Of a stretch of 64,000 bases of DNA, positions 9,619 to 19,858 are shown one piece after another. Source of the DNA: Candidatus Omnitrophota bacterium (GTDB lineage Bacteria; Omnitrophota; Gorgyraeia; Pluralincolimonadales; Pluralincolimonadaceae); NCBI GenBank assembly GCA_003141835.1, contig PLNR01000009.1, forward strand, positions 72,307-136,306, in the 5' to 3' direction. The translations under genes were made by a program, and so were the position numbers. The notes under the pieces are model-generated. The model ran no database searches. It worked only from the letters and a program-made list of their open reading frames with translations, and was not told the origin of the DNA. How positions within the stretch are numbered: the stretch's first letter is position 1; each line of letters opens with the position of its first letter.

Positions 9619-10904
9619 TTTTGCCCGTTTTGCACGATGCAGGACTTGTATATCTTCATCGTCTTTATCACGTCTATAGCGGCCTGGAGCTGGTTGTCAT
9701 ATTCCTCTTTCTTCACAGCAGGCTTTTGCGGCTGATCCTCGATCTTATCGAAGACCTCATCGGGATTTTGCTTTGATGCCTCTTCCTTCTTGACCGGCTT
9801 ATATTCCACGACTATATCGGGCATGATGCCCTTCCCGTGGATAGAGCGGCCGCTCGGCGTGTAATATTTGCTTGTTGTAAGCCGCATCGCGGAACCGTCG
9901 GATAGAGGTATGACGGTCTGCACCGATCCCTTGCCGAATGTCTTCATGCCGACCAATACTGCGCGTTTGTGGTCCTGCAACGCGCCGGCGACTATCTCGG
10001 AACCGGAGGCCGAGCCCTGGTCGACGAGCACGACCATCGGGTAATCGGTCCTGGGCTTCTTCTCCTTCACGCGGAACTCCATCTCTTTCTTCTCGTTCCG
10101 CCCTTTGGTATATACGATCATCTCCCCGGTCGGGAGGAATTTGCCCGCGACTTCGGCGGCGACATTCAAAAGCCCGCCCGGGTCGTTCCTCAGGTCGAGG
10201 ATAAGGCTGTCCATCCCTTGCTTCTCGAGATCGACCAGCGCGTCCTCGAGGTCCTTGGCCGAGCGCTCCTGGAATATGCTGAGTTTTACGTATGCTATCT
10301 TCTCTTCCAGTATCCTCGGGTTCTTTATCGACTTCACCTTGATGATATCCCTTGTTATCGTGAAATCAAGGACCTTGCTCTCGCTCTCGCGCAGGACCGT
10401 TATCGTGACAGGCGTCCCGGCTTTTCCCCGGAGTTTCTTTACCGCCTCGACCAGTGTGATGCCGCGCGTTATGTCTTTGTCTATCTTCACGATCCTGTCC
10501 CCGGCCTTCACCCCTGCTTTGAAGGCGGGGGTATCGTCTATCGGCGCGATGACGGTAAGCAAGTCGTCCTTGACGGCTATCTCGATGCCGATCCCGCCGA
10601 ATTCGCCTTCGGTCTCGACCTTCATCTCCGCATAAGACTCGGGATCCATGAACTCGCTGAATTTATCCAGCGATTGCACCATGCCCTTGAGCGCGCCGTA
10701 TATCAGCGCTTTCGACTTGACGTCATCGACGTATTCGGAGCGGACGATGGTAAGTGCGTCTGAAAAGAGCTCAAGCTGTTTATATATATCCTCTTCCTTC
10801 TCCGGCGTGGCCTTTACCGCAGGGGCGGTCGGCGCTGCAGAGAGGCAGTTGGAAAGCGCGAAAAATACGATCAAGAACCAAACTGCAAACCTGGTTTTAC
10901 GCAT
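9615..10904 (-). CDS. ctpA: Carboxyl-terminal processing protease (S41 family, PDZ domain).
   Basis: Signal peptide, a PDZ segment, then GSASGSEIVAGALQD...KGSVQT typical of S41 Ctp/Prc. Confidence 0.9.
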   Translation of the reverse strand: MRKTRFAVWFLIVFFALSNCLSAAPTAPAVKATPEKEEDIYKQLELFSDALTIVRSEYVDDVKSKALIYGALKGMVQSLDKFSEFMDPESYAEMKVETEGEFGGIGIEIAVKDDLLTVIAPIDDTPAFKAGVKAGDRIVKIDKDITRGITLVEAVKKLRGKAGTPVTITVLRESESKVLDFTITRDIIKVKSIKNPRILEEKIAYVKLSIFQERSAKDLEDALVDLEKQGMDSLILDLRNDPGGLLNVAAEVAGKFLPTGEMIVYTKGRNEKKEMEFRVKEKKPRTDYPMVVLVDQGSASGSEIVAGALQDHKRAVLVGMKTFGKGSVQTVIPLSDGSAMRLTTSKYYTPSGRSIHGKGIMPDIVVEYKPVKKEEASKQNPDEVFDKIEDQPQKPAVKKEEYDNQLQAAIDVIKTMKIYKSCIVQNGQK

Positions 10905-12351
10905 TCTGTTCTCCTTTGCTGTTTTTCGAAAGTTTATCCCTTAATATCTTGTTGACGACCGCGGGATTGGCCTTCCCCTTGGTCTTCTTCATCACCTGGC
11001 CGACGAGGAACATGAGCGCGTTATCTTTTCCGTTCATGAAATCTTCCGAGGTCTTCGCGTTTTCCGCGATCGCCTCTTCGGCGAATTTCTCGAGCTCCCC
11101 GGTATCGGATATCTGGACAAGCCCCTTCTCCGATATTATGGCGGCGGCTTCCTTGCCCGTATCGAGCATCTCAATGATGATATCTTTCGCCATCTTGCCG
11201 CTTATCTTTCCTGAGTCGATCTCTTTAAGGAGCCCGGCGAGGGCCTGCGGTTTCAATTTTGAATCTTTTACAGTCAGGTTCTTGGCGTTCAAATACCCCG
11301 AAACGTCGCCCATCAGCCAGTTCGAGACGGCCTTCGGCTTATTATAAAATTTTACGCATTCCTCGAAATAATCTGCCGTCGCCTTATCCTGGACCAGGAC
11401 CTCGGCGTCGTATTCGGTCAGGCTTAACGCGCCGATGAACCTCGCCTTCCTCGCTTCGGGCAGTTCCGGGAGATTTTTTCTTTCATTTTCCACCACGGCC
11501 GCCTCAAGCACGAACGGGACAAGATCAGGCTCGGGGAAATACCTGTAATCGTGCGCTTCTTCTTTAGAACGCATAGATACGGTCACCCCTTTATCCGGGT
11601 CCCAGAGCCGCGTCTCCTGGATTATCCTTTCGCCGGCCTCCAGGCATTTGGATTGCCTTTCGAATTCGAACTCTAGCGCGGACTTCACGGCCTTGAACGA
11701 ATTCATGTTCTTTACCTCGGCCTTGGTGCCGAGCCCGGTCTCGCCTTTCTTCCTGATCGATATGTTCGCGTCGCAGCGCAAGCTCCCCTTCTCCATGTCG
11801 CAATCCGATACGTCAAGGTAGCGCAGGAGCAGTTTCAGGTCGGTCAGGTACTGGTAGGCCTCTTCCGGGGAATTCATATCGGGCTCGCTCACTACTTCGA
11901 GGAGCGGCATCCCGGAGCGGTTGAAATCGACAAAACTCGAATCACCGCCCTCCTCATGGATGAGCTTTCCCGCGTCCTCCTCCATGTGCACCCTTTTTAT
12001 CTTTATCGTTTTTTCCTTACCCTCTATCGTTATCTTCAATTGGCCGTTCTCTGAAAGCGGCTCATCGTATTGCGATATCTGGTAATCCTTCGGCAAATCA
12101 GGATAGAAATAGTTCTTCCTGTGGAATTTTACCTGCTGGGATACTTTGCAGCCGACGGCGAGGGCAACCTTTATCGCCTCGACCAGCGCGCGCCGGTTCA
12201 GGACAGGCAGGGTGCCGGGGAAACCCAGGCAGACCGGGCACGTATGTGAATTCGGCGCGCCGCCGAACTCGGTCGTGCAGCCGCAGAACATCTTCGATAC
12301 GGTCTTAAGCTGGACGTGGACTTCAAGCCCTACGACTGGTTCATACGCCAT
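10897..12351 (-). CDS. gatB: Asp/Glu-tRNA amidotransferase subunit B.
   Basis: MAYEPVVGLEVHVQLKT...CGC. 484 aa, GatB/YqeY C-terminus. Confidence 0.95.
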   Translation of the reverse strand: MAYEPVVGLEVHVQLKTVSKMFCGCTTEFGGAPNSHTCPVCLGFPGTLPVLNRRALVEAIKVALAVGCKVSQQVKFHRKNYFYPDLPKDYQISQYDEPLSENGQLKITIEGKEKTIKIKRVHMEEDAGKLIHEEGGDSSFVDFNRSGMPLLEVVSEPDMNSPEEAYQYLTDLKLLLRYLDVSDCDMEKGSLRCDANISIRKKGETGLGTKAEVKNMNSFKAVKSALEFEFERQSKCLEAGERIIQETRLWDPDKGVTVSMRSKEEAHDYRYFPEPDLVPFVLEAAVVENERKNLPELPEARKARFIGALSLTEYDAEVLVQDKATADYFEECVKFYNKPKAVSNWLMGDVSGYLNAKNLTVKDSKLKPQALAGLLKEIDSGKISGKMAKDIIIEMLDTGKEAAAIISEKGLVQISDTGELEKFAEEAIAENAKTSEDFMNGKDNALMFLVGQVMKKTKGKANPAVVNKILRDKLSKNSKGEQNA

Positions 12352-12354
12352 ATT

Positions 12355-13800
12355 CTAAAGCTCCGGGCTCCTCTTGTGCCAATCGGTATTACTTTCGTAA
12401 GTATAAGCGACGCGAAATAAATCTTCTTCCTTAAAGAAATTCCCTATAAGCTGCATCCCTATCGGCAGGCCGCCCTTGGTGAATCCGCACGGCATAGATA
12501 ACGCCGGGACGCCCGCGAGGTTTACCGATATCGTGAATATGTCAGACAGGTACATAGAAAGCGGATCCGCGGATTTTTCCCCGACTTTGAACGCCGCTGT
12601 CGGTGAAGTCGGCGTTAATATGCAGTCGCAGCCGCCCTCAAAAACCTGATCAAAATCACTCTTTATCAGCCAACGGACTTTCTGCGCCTTAAGATAATAG
12701 GCGTCGTAATATCCGCTTGATAAGACATATGTGCCGAGGATTATCCTGCGCTTAGCCTCGGCGCCGAAACCTTCCCCGCGCGTCCTCTCGTACATATCCA
12801 GGAGGTTCGCCGGGTCCTCGCAACGGTATCCGTATTGCACTCCGTCAAAACGCGCAAGGTTCGATGACGCTTCTGCGGTCGCAAGGATATAATAGACTGC
12901 TACGGCATATTCGGTATGCGGCAGCGATACGTCGACGATCTGCGCGCCTTTGCCTTTAAGGAGGGCTATCGCTTCCCTGACCGCGGCCTCGACTTCTTTG
13001 TCCATCCCGGCCACGAAATATTCTTTGGGTATCCCGATCTTCATGCCTTTTACGTCGTTTTTCAGGCAAGACGCGTAATCGGGGACCGGGACATTAACCG
13101 ATGTCGAATCTTTTTCGTCAAAGCCCGCGATTACGCCGAGGAGGAGCGCCGCATCTTTGATATCCTTGGTGAACGGCCCGATCTGGTCCAGGCTTGAGGC
13201 GAACGCGATGAGCCCGTACCGCGATACCCTGCCGTATGTCGGTTTCATACCGACGACGCCGCAAAGCGAAGCCGGCTGCCTTATCGATCCGCCTGTATCC
13301 GAACCTATCGCCATTATCGCCTCGTCGGCCGAGACTACCGCCGCAGAACCGCCGCTCGAACCGCCGGGTATCCTCGATGTATCCCACGGGTTCAATGTCG
13401 GGAAATACGAGGAATTTTCGCAGGAAGAGCCGAACGCGAATTCGTCCATGTTAGTCCTGCCGAAGACCACCGCGCCGGCAGACCTTAATTTTTCGATGAC
13501 CGTGGCGTTATACGGGGGCTTGAAACCTCGGAGGATCTTTGAGGCGCAGGTAGTCAGCTCGCCCTCGACGCAGATATTGTCTTTTACCGCGACCGGGATG
13601 CCTTTCAACTTTCCGGTGGCCGGAAGGCTCTTGACATGGCGCAAGGCCATTTCTTTATCGAGGTTGATATAGCCTTTTATCTTTTTGTCTACGGATTGCG
13701 CGCGGGAATAGACCGATTCGATTATCTCTTCGGGTTTTACAGATTTCTTATCCAGCAGGCTCAAGAGTTCGCCGGCCGTGAGGGAATAAAGGTTATCCAT
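12355..13800 (-). CDS. gatA: Asp/Glu-tRNA amidotransferase subunit A (amidase).
   Basis: Amidase signature GGSSGGSAAVV. 481 aa, lies between gatC and gatB. Confidence 0.95.
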   Translation of the reverse strand: MDNLYSLTAGELLSLLDKKSVKPEEIIESVYSRAQSVDKKIKGYINLDKEMALRHVKSLPATGKLKGIPVAVKDNICVEGELTTCASKILRGFKPPYNATVIEKLRSAGAVVFGRTNMDEFAFGSSCENSSYFPTLNPWDTSRIPGGSSGGSAAVVSADEAIMAIGSDTGGSIRQPASLCGVVGMKPTYGRVSRYGLIAFASSLDQIGPFTKDIKDAALLLGVIAGFDEKDSTSVNVPVPDYASCLKNDVKGMKIGIPKEYFVAGMDKEVEAAVREAIALLKGKGAQIVDVSLPHTEYAVAVYYILATAEASSNLARFDGVQYGYRCEDPANLLDMYERTRGEGFGAEAKRRIILGTYVLSSGYYDAYYLKAQKVRWLIKSDFDQVFEGGCDCILTPTSPTAAFKVGEKSADPLSMYLSDIFTISVNLAGVPALSMPCGFTKGGLPIGMQLIGNFFKEEDLFRVAYTYESNTDWHKRSPEL

Positions 13801-13809
13801 ATACGCGAA

Positions 13810-14106
13810 TTATTCTTCTATTATCCTCGGGACCTTGAAGAAATCGCCTTTCTTCTGGGGGGCGTTCGAAAGCGCCTTTTCGGGCGGGAGCGACGGTTTT
13901 ACCTCATCCGCCCTAAAACTGTTAGAAGCGTCATGCGGATGGCTCATCGGAGGGGTGCGGTTCTGCACGTCGAGCTTCTGGTTCAGCTTATCGACATAAC
14001 CGAGTATCCCGTCCAGCTGGCGCGAGAAGAGGGCCACCTCTTCATCGGTCAGTTTTATCCTTGCCAACCGCGCGGCATATCTAACCTTCTCTTCCATTAC
14101 GCTCAT
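13810..14106 (-). CDS. gatC: Asp/Glu-tRNA amidotransferase subunit C.
   Basis: 98 aa. LARIKLTDEEVALFSRQLDGILGYVDKL is GatC-like. It precedes gatA. Confidence 0.9.
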   Translation of the reverse strand: MSVMEEKVRYAARLARIKLTDEEVALFSRQLDGILGYVDKLNQKLDVQNRTPPMSHPHDASNSFRADEVKPSLPPEKALSNAPQKKGDFFKVPRIIEE

Positions 14107-14154
14107 CTTAACTTGCTAAGATATCACAACTTACGCCGGATGTCAACCGGAGGA

Positions 14155-14994
14155 TTAGAGGGCGTTGGAGATGCGGGCGAATTCTTCGAGGGAGAGCTGT
14201 TCGGCCCTGATATTCGGGTCGATGCCTATCTTTTTGAGGAGTCCGGCGAGGCCTGCCTTATCGAGTTTTATCTCCTCGCTCGAAAGGAGGGAATTAAGCA
14301 GCATCTTCCTGCGCTGGCCGAAGCCCGCTTTGACGACTGCGAAAAATTTATCTTCGTCGTTGGCCTGGACCGGGGGTTTTTGTAGTATCGCGAGCTCGAC
14401 GAACGACGAATCGACCTCGGGTTCGGGATAGAACGCCTGCCTGCCTATGTCGAGCAATATGCGCGGCTTGGTGTAGTACTGCACGAAGACAGAGAGCGAA
14501 CCGTAATCCCTGCCGCCCGGCTTAGCGCATATCCTCTCGGCGACTTCCTTCTGGATCGTTATGAACACCGTCTCAAAATTATGCCTGCCGGCGATCAGTT
14601 TCTCTATTATCGGCGAGGTGATGTAATACGGGAGGTTGCCTATCACTTTGACTTTGTAAGGCGACTCGGCAAGCGCCCGCTCGAGATCGAGCTCCAGGAA
14701 ATCTTCGCAGACGATATTTACGTTGGTGAACCCCTTGAGGATATCGCCGAGCGCCACGCAGGTGCCCCTGTCCTTCTCTACGGCCAGGACATGCGATACA
14801 TGGTGCGCGAGGCGTTCCGTGACCGCGCCCAATCCCGCGCCTATCTCCATGACCCAGTCCGTATCGTTGAACTTGCAGGCTTCTATTATATCCTCGATGA
14901 CGTCGCTGTCGACAAGGTAGTTCTGGCCAAGATATTTCCTGGGCGTGAGCCCGTATCTTTTCAAGACAGATTTTAATTCGGATAGGTTGAGCAA
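14155..14994 (-). CDS. rsmA: 16S rRNA (adenine1518/1519-N6)-dimethyltransferase RsmA/KsgA.
   Basis: LGQNYLVDSDVIEDII...EIGAGLGAVT...VIGNLPYYITSPII. Confidence 0.95.
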   Translation of the reverse strand: MLNLSELKSVLKRYGLTPRKYLGQNYLVDSDVIEDIIEACKFNDTDWVMEIGAGLGAVTERLAHHVSHVLAVEKDRGTCVALGDILKGFTNVNIVCEDFLELDLERALAESPYKVKVIGNLPYYITSPIIEKLIAGRHNFETVFITIQKEVAERICAKPGGRDYGSLSVFVQYYTKPRILLDIGRQAFYPEPEVDSSFVELAILQKPPVQANDEDKFFAVVKAGFGQRRKMLLNSLLSSEEIKLDKAGLAGLLKKIGIDPNIRAEQLSLEEFARISNAL

Positions 14995-14996
14995 GT

Positions 14997-16001
14997 TCAG
15001 CCCTTCTTTTTCTTGAAGATATCTATGGCGAGTTTTACCGACTCGGTCAACGGCCTGTGATTGGCTATCCCTTTTCCGGCTATGTCGAAAGCCGTGCCGT
15101 GGCCGGGAGAGGTCCTTACGAACGGCAGGCCCAAGGTAATATTTATACTGGAGTCCCTGGCTATCATCTTCAACGGAGTAAGCCCCTGGTCATGGTACAT
15201 CGCTACGATGCAGTCGAGCTTCCGGCGGTAGGCCATGTAAAAGAGCGCCTCTGACGCGGCCGGCCCGACTATATTCTTAAAACGCTTCTTCGCTTCGTTG
15301 ACCGCGGGGGCTATTATTTCGATCTCCTCCGTGCCTATCTTCCCGCCTTCCCCGCCGTGCGGATTAAGGCTTGAGACCCCTATCCTCGGCTCGGCTATGC
15401 CGAAATAACCGGCCAGCGCCTCGTGGCTCAATCTTATGGCCCTGATTATCTCTTCTTTTGTGACCGCCTTCGGCACCGCGCGGACCGGGATGTGCCTCGT
15501 AACGAGAGTCACTTTAAGCGGCCCGCCTATAAGCATCATGGCAAAATCTTTCGTCCCAAATTTATTTGCCATATATTCCGTGTGCCCGATAAAATTTATG
15601 CCCGGGAACGCGGACGAGACCGCCTCTTTGCTTAACGGGGCGTTAACGAGGCAGTCAGCCTTCTTTTCTTTGATCAGTTTGAGCGCGAGGTCGAGATAGG
15701 CCAGGGAGGCCTCGCCGGAAAGCTTTGATTGGCGGCCGAATTTCACCTGGCTGGGGGCGATGATATACGGGTCTACCACCGAGATCCCTCGAAGGGACGC
15801 CACCGGGACCGCCGGGAGCCTCAACGCGGCGTTGATGACCGAGCTGTCGCCGACAATAATAAAATCGGCAAGCCTGCGTAACCTGCGGCTTACCAGCGTT
15901 TTTAATACTATCTCGGGCCCTATGCCGAAAGGATCACCTAAAGTAACGGCTACCCGCGGCCGCGACGGCTTGCGGGTTTTATTTGACCTGTATAAAAGCA
16001 T
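14997..16001 (-). CDS. pdxA: 4-hydroxythreonine-4-phosphate dehydrogenase PdxA.
   Basis: VAVTLGDPFGIGPEIVLK...GHTEY...NPHGGEGG. Confidence 0.9.
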   Translation of the reverse strand: MLLYRSNKTRKPSRPRVAVTLGDPFGIGPEIVLKTLVSRRLRRLADFIIVGDSSVINAALRLPAVPVASLRGISVVDPYIIAPSQVKFGRQSKLSGEASLAYLDLALKLIKEKKADCLVNAPLSKEAVSSAFPGINFIGHTEYMANKFGTKDFAMMLIGGPLKVTLVTRHIPVRAVPKAVTKEEIIRAIRLSHEALAGYFGIAEPRIGVSSLNPHGGEGGKIGTEEIEIIAPAVNEAKKRFKNIVGPAASEALFYMAYRRKLDCIVAMYHDQGLTPLKMIARDSSINITLGLPFVRTSPGHGTAFDIAGKGIANHRPLTESVKLAIDIFKKKKG

Positions 16002-16938
16002 CGCGTTTCAGTTTCGCTATCCAGTCCTGGTAACGTTTCTGGGCTTTTTCCCTGAAGATTATATTCTCTATATCCGACCGCGCTTCCGGAAGCGGACGCA
16101 CGTAGCTATCCTTCTTCTCGTCGACCTTGAAGATATAATATCCGGTATCGGTCTTTACCGGCTCGCTCACCTCGCCCGGCTTCAATGCGAATATAACCTT
16201 CTCGAAATCCTCGCGCATCTGGCCTCTCTCGACGGTCCCGAAATCCCCGCCTTCCTTCGCCTTGGCGCCCGTCGAATACGCTTTGGCCAACTCGCCGAAG
16301 TCGCGGCCTTCCTTGGCGAGTTTTACCATGTCATCGGCTTTCTGCTTGACGGCATCCTCGGTGCTATCCTGGTCGATACGGAGTATGATGCCGCGCAGAT
16401 GGACCGATTCCGGCGCCTTAAGTTCTTCCGCGTGTATTTTGTAATAATTCTCTATCTCGGTAGGCGTAACTACTACCTTACCCCTTACCTGGCTATCCAC
16501 GAGCTTGGTCATTATTATATTTTCCCTGTAGCGCTTTTTCAGGATCTCGGTAGAGACGCCTGACTTCTCGAGCTCGCCGTAAAATACCTCTTCCGAAGGA
16601 AAACGGGATTTCACTTCCTTTAACCTTTGTTCCACCTCGGCATCCGCTGCGGTGATATTGTCTTTTTTGGCTTCCTGGAGTATCAGCTTGTTCTCTATCA
16701 TCTGGTTCAGGAGGTCTTTGCGCACCTCTTCGGTCTTTGCCTTAAGTTCGTCCCCGGAATATTCTTTTTTCAGGTCATCGATGCTGGAAAGGAGGGCCTC
16801 GTCCAGGTCCGCCTCGGTGACGACATCATCGTTGACGACCGCGAGTATCTTGTTCACGGCGCCGGTCGTCTGGCATAACGCCAGGGACTGCAGCGCCAAG
16901 ACGAAGACCAGCAATAATATGCTTAACTTTGCCTTCAT
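15979..16938 (-). CDS. surA: SurA-like periplasmic chaperone / parvulin-type peptidyl-prolyl isomerase.
   Basis: Signal peptide, SurA N-domain, then a parvulin domain GGDFGTVERGQM...GEVSEPVKTDTGYYIFKV. Confidence 0.8.
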   Translation of the reverse strand: MKAKLSILLLVFVLALQSLALCQTTGAVNKILAVVNDDVVTEADLDEALLSSIDDLKKEYSGDELKAKTEEVRKDLLNQMIENKLILQEAKKDNITAADAEVEQRLKEVKSRFPSEEVFYGELEKSGVSTEILKKRYRENIIMTKLVDSQVRGKVVVTPTEIENYYKIHAEELKAPESVHLRGIILRIDQDSTEDAVKQKADDMVKLAKEGRDFGELAKAYSTGAKAKEGGDFGTVERGQMREDFEKVIFALKPGEVSEPVKTDTGYYIFKVDEKKDSYVRPLPEARSDIENIIFREKAQKRYQDWIAKLKRDAFIQVK

Positions 16939-17768
16939 TTACCCTGCCCTGCTTCCAGTAATTTCTCGTTTATCTTGACATGCGCTTTTGACCTCAGGCT
17001 TTTGACGAGGTCGTCGAGCGTCCTCTGCTGCGCCTTATCCTTCAATTCTTTTTCGATGGCGTCCCTGACCTCGGAAAGCTCCACCGTCCTCGGCTCGATC
17101 CTGTCGGTCAATTTTATGATATGGTATCCGAATTTTGTCTTGATTATGCCGCTCAACTGGCCGACCTGGAGCTTGAAACAGACCTCTTCTATCTCCGGCA
17201 TCAACTGGCCTTTTATGAAATAGCCCAAGTCGCCGCCCCTCGCTTTCGAGGGATCCTTCGAATATTGCTTAGCCAATTCGGCGAAATCGCCGCCGTCTTT
17301 GAGCTTCTGGAGGACTTCGTTGGCCTCGGCCTCGGTATCGACCATTATATGGCTCGCGCGCAGTTTTAACGGCGTGACAAAATCGTCCTTGTGTATAGCG
17401 TAAAACTCTTTTATCTTCTCCTCGCTCACCGCGGATTTCTTGACTTCGGTCTCCATCAGCCTGGCTATAAGTATCTTCCGCTTCGCCTCATCCAAAAGTT
17501 CCTTCACCTCAGGCTCCTTGTTGATGCCGCGCCTGAGCGCTTCCTTATAGATGAGCTGCTCATTTATCATATCGTCGAGGAAGTCTTTTTTCCGCTCGCC
17601 CACGAGCGTCTTATAGTAAGCGGGCATCTTGGAAACCCTCTTCTCGAAATCCCCTACGGTTATAGCCCTGCCGTCAACGGTCGCGAGAGGCTTGGATTTC
17701 GCATTACCGCACCCGGAAAAGGCGAAAATAGAGGCTATAAGCATAGTGATCAGGCAAAGTTTTTTCAT
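16935..17768 (-). CDS. Second SurA/PrsA-like parvulin PPIase, probably a lipoprotein.
   Basis: Parvulin domain GGDLGYFIKGQLMPEIE...KTKFGYHIIKL. The likely start is the ATG at 17768 (MKKLCLITMLIASIFAFSGC, a lipobox-like FSGC), rather than the 17852 start in the ORF track, which overlaps the mfd end. Confidence 0.75.
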   Translation of the reverse strand: MKKLCLITMLIASIFAFSGCGNAKSKPLATVDGRAITVGDFEKRVSKMPAYYKTLVGERKKDFLDDMINEQLIYKEALRRGINKEPEVKELLDEAKRKILIARLMETEVKKSAVSEEKIKEFYAIHKDDFVTPLKLRASHIMVDTEAEANEVLQKLKDGGDFAELAKQYSKDPSKARGGDLGYFIKGQLMPEIEEVCFKLQVGQLSGIIKTKFGYHIIKLTDRIEPRTVELSEVRDAIEKELKDKAQQRTLDDLVKSLRSKAHVKINEKLLEAGQGK

Positions 17769-17785
17769 ATTTAGGATATAATATA

Positions 17786-19708
17786 TCATAACCGGCTCCG
17801 GATAGGCAAGCCCTTTCGGAGCCCGGCTATCGTGCTCCTTAACAGCCTGCAATACATGTCGAAACCTATCGCCTGGATAAAGCCGTGCTGTTCGGTGCCC
17901 AAAAGGTTGCCGGCGCCGCGCAGCTCAAGGTCCTCCATCGCTATCTTAAAACCGGAACCGAGCTCGGTATGCTCCTCTATCGCCTTGAGCCTCGCCTCGG
18001 CATCCTTCGGCAATTGCCACCCCTTTGGATAAAGGAAATATGAATACGCCTGGACGATATACCTGCCCACCCTCCCCCTCAGCTGGTAGAGGTCGGCCAG
18101 GCCGAACATATCTGCGCGGTTCACAAATATAGTGTTCGCATTGGGGATATCGATGCCGGACTGGATTATGGCGGTCGAGACGAGCACGTCGATCCTGCCT
18201 TTTATGAAACCGACCATGATATTCTCCAGTTCGTGCGCAGGCATCTGCCCGTGCGCCTCTTCTATTTTGGCGTTGGGGACGATCTCCTTCAACCGCTGCG
18301 CCAGCTTATTCAGCCCCTGTATCCTGTTATTAACAAAGAAGACCTGGCCGCCGCGTTTCAGTTCGCGGGTTATCCCTTCTTTTATTATCCGCTCGTCGAA
18401 CTCCGCGATCCTCGTCGCGACCGGTATCCTGTTCGCCGGCGGGGTGTCGATGACCGACATATCCTTTATGCCCATCAGCGACATATAGAGGGTGCGCGGG
18501 ATCGGCGTGGCAGTAAGCGTCAGGACGTCGACTAAAAGCCTCATTCTCTTCAACCGCTCCTTGTGTTTTACCCCGAACCTCTGTTCCTCGTCGATTATCA
18601 CAAGTCCGAGCTCCTTGAACGCCACGTCCTGCGAGAGTAGCCTGTGCGTCCCTATTATGATATCGATCGAACCATCCTTTACCCCGGCGATTATCACGTC
18701 CTGTTCCGAACCGCTCCTGAAACGCGAGAGCATCTCGATATTTACCGGGTATTCCTTCATCCTCTCCTTGAAGGTTGCGTAATGCTGTTCGGCGAGGATG
18801 GTAGTCGGCACGAGCATCGCGACCTGTTTGTTGTCAGTCACCGCCTTGAACGCGGCGCGCAAAGCGACTTCGGTCTTTCCGTATCCCACGTCGCCGCAGA
18901 CGAGCCTGTCCATCGGCTTCGGGCTTTCCATATCGCGTTTTATCTCCCGGGTCGCCCTTACCTGCGCCGGCGTATCCTTGAACCGGAACGACTTCTCGAG
19001 CCCGGCCTGCCACTCGGTATCTTTTGAAAATGCGTAGCCCTTCAACGACTCCCGCTTCGCCTGGATCTCGATGTATTCGAGGGCGAGCGAATAGATGCCT
19101 TTCCTGGCTCGCGCCTTCGCCAGCGCCCACGCCTTAGTCCCGAGCTTATAGAGCTTGGGCGGGCGCCCCTCGAAACCTATATATTTCTGGACGAGGCCCA
19201 TATCCGACATAGGCACGAAAAGTTTCGCGGCCTCGGCGTATTCGAGGACGATATAGTCGACGAATCCCTTCGGCTCCTTTACCCTCTCTATCCCTTTATA
19301 CCGGCCTATGCCGTGTTTTACGTGGACGACGTGATCGCCCGGGGATATGTCGACGAAGTTGCTTATCGGCAGCTCTTCGGATATGTCCAGTCCGGGAATG
19401 CGGCGGGTCTTTAGTTTGCGCGGGACTATGCCTTTGACCGGAAGGATGATCGCCATCTGGTGGTCGAGGAAAGAAGTGCCTGTGGCGATGTCGAACGATT
19501 TGATATGCGCGAGCCTGTCCGCGTCGAACTCGAGGCGCACCGGCTCGTCGAAGGTCATAGGAAAGATATCGAGGATCCCGCCGCGCTGGGCAAAGTCCCC
19601 CTCTTCGGCAACTTTCGGCCGCCGCTCATAACCCAGCTCGACCAGGCGGCCGTGCACCTTATCGAGGCTCAATTCCTCGTTCTTATAGAGTTTAAGTGAT
19701 TCGAACAT
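17786..19708 (-). CDS. mfd: Transcription-repair coupling factor Mfd, compact form lacking domains D1a, D1b, D3 and D7.
   Basis: D2-like [13 protein letters not shown]-interaction domain [17 protein letters not shown]. Translocase motifs [41 protein letters not shown]. The most likely start is the ATG at 19708, which is preceded by GGAGA-5nt. The ORF-track extension to 19999 reads through a repeat element. Confidence 0.85.
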   Translation of the reverse strand: MFESLKLYKNEELSLDKVHGRLVELGYERRPKVAEEGDFAQRGGILDIFPMTFDEPVRLEFDADRLAHIKSFDIATGTSFLDHQMAIILPVKGIVPRKLKTRRIPGLDISEELPISNFVDISPGDHVVHVKHGIGRYKGIERVKEPKGFVDYIVLEYAEAAKLFVPMSDMGLVQKYIGFEGRPPKLYKLGTKAWALAKARARKGIYSLALEYIEIQAKRESLKGYAFSKDTEWQAGLEKSFRFKDTPAQVRATREIKRDMESPKPMDRLVCGDVGYGKTEVALRAAFKAVTDNKQVAMLVPTTILAEQHYATFKERMKEYPVNIEMLSRFRSGSEQDVIIAGVKDGSIDIIIGTHRLLSQDVAFKELGLVIIDEEQRFGVKHKERLKRMRLLVDVLTLTATPIPRTLYMSLMGIKDMSVIDTPPANRIPVATRIAEFDERIIKEGITRELKRGGQVFFVNNRIQGLNKLAQRLKEIVPNAKIEEAHGQMPAHELENIMVGFIKGRIDVLVSTAIIQSGIDIPNANTIFVNRADMFGLADLYQLRGRVGRYIVQAYSYFLYPKGWQLPKDAEARLKAIEEHTELGSGFKIAMEDLELRGAGNLLGTEQHGFIQAIGFDMYCRLLRSTIAGLRKGLPIRSRL

Positions 19709-19858
19709 AAATTTCTCCACGGCTTGTGTCACGTCTATCAACAGGTCCTTAGACCTCGTACGGGCGGGTCCTGCCTGCCGAGCACCTCGTCCCATTTTGC
19801 TTCGGGCAAAAGGGACAAGGGCTCCGTCGGCAGTCACCCGCTTGAACCAAAAGCAGTG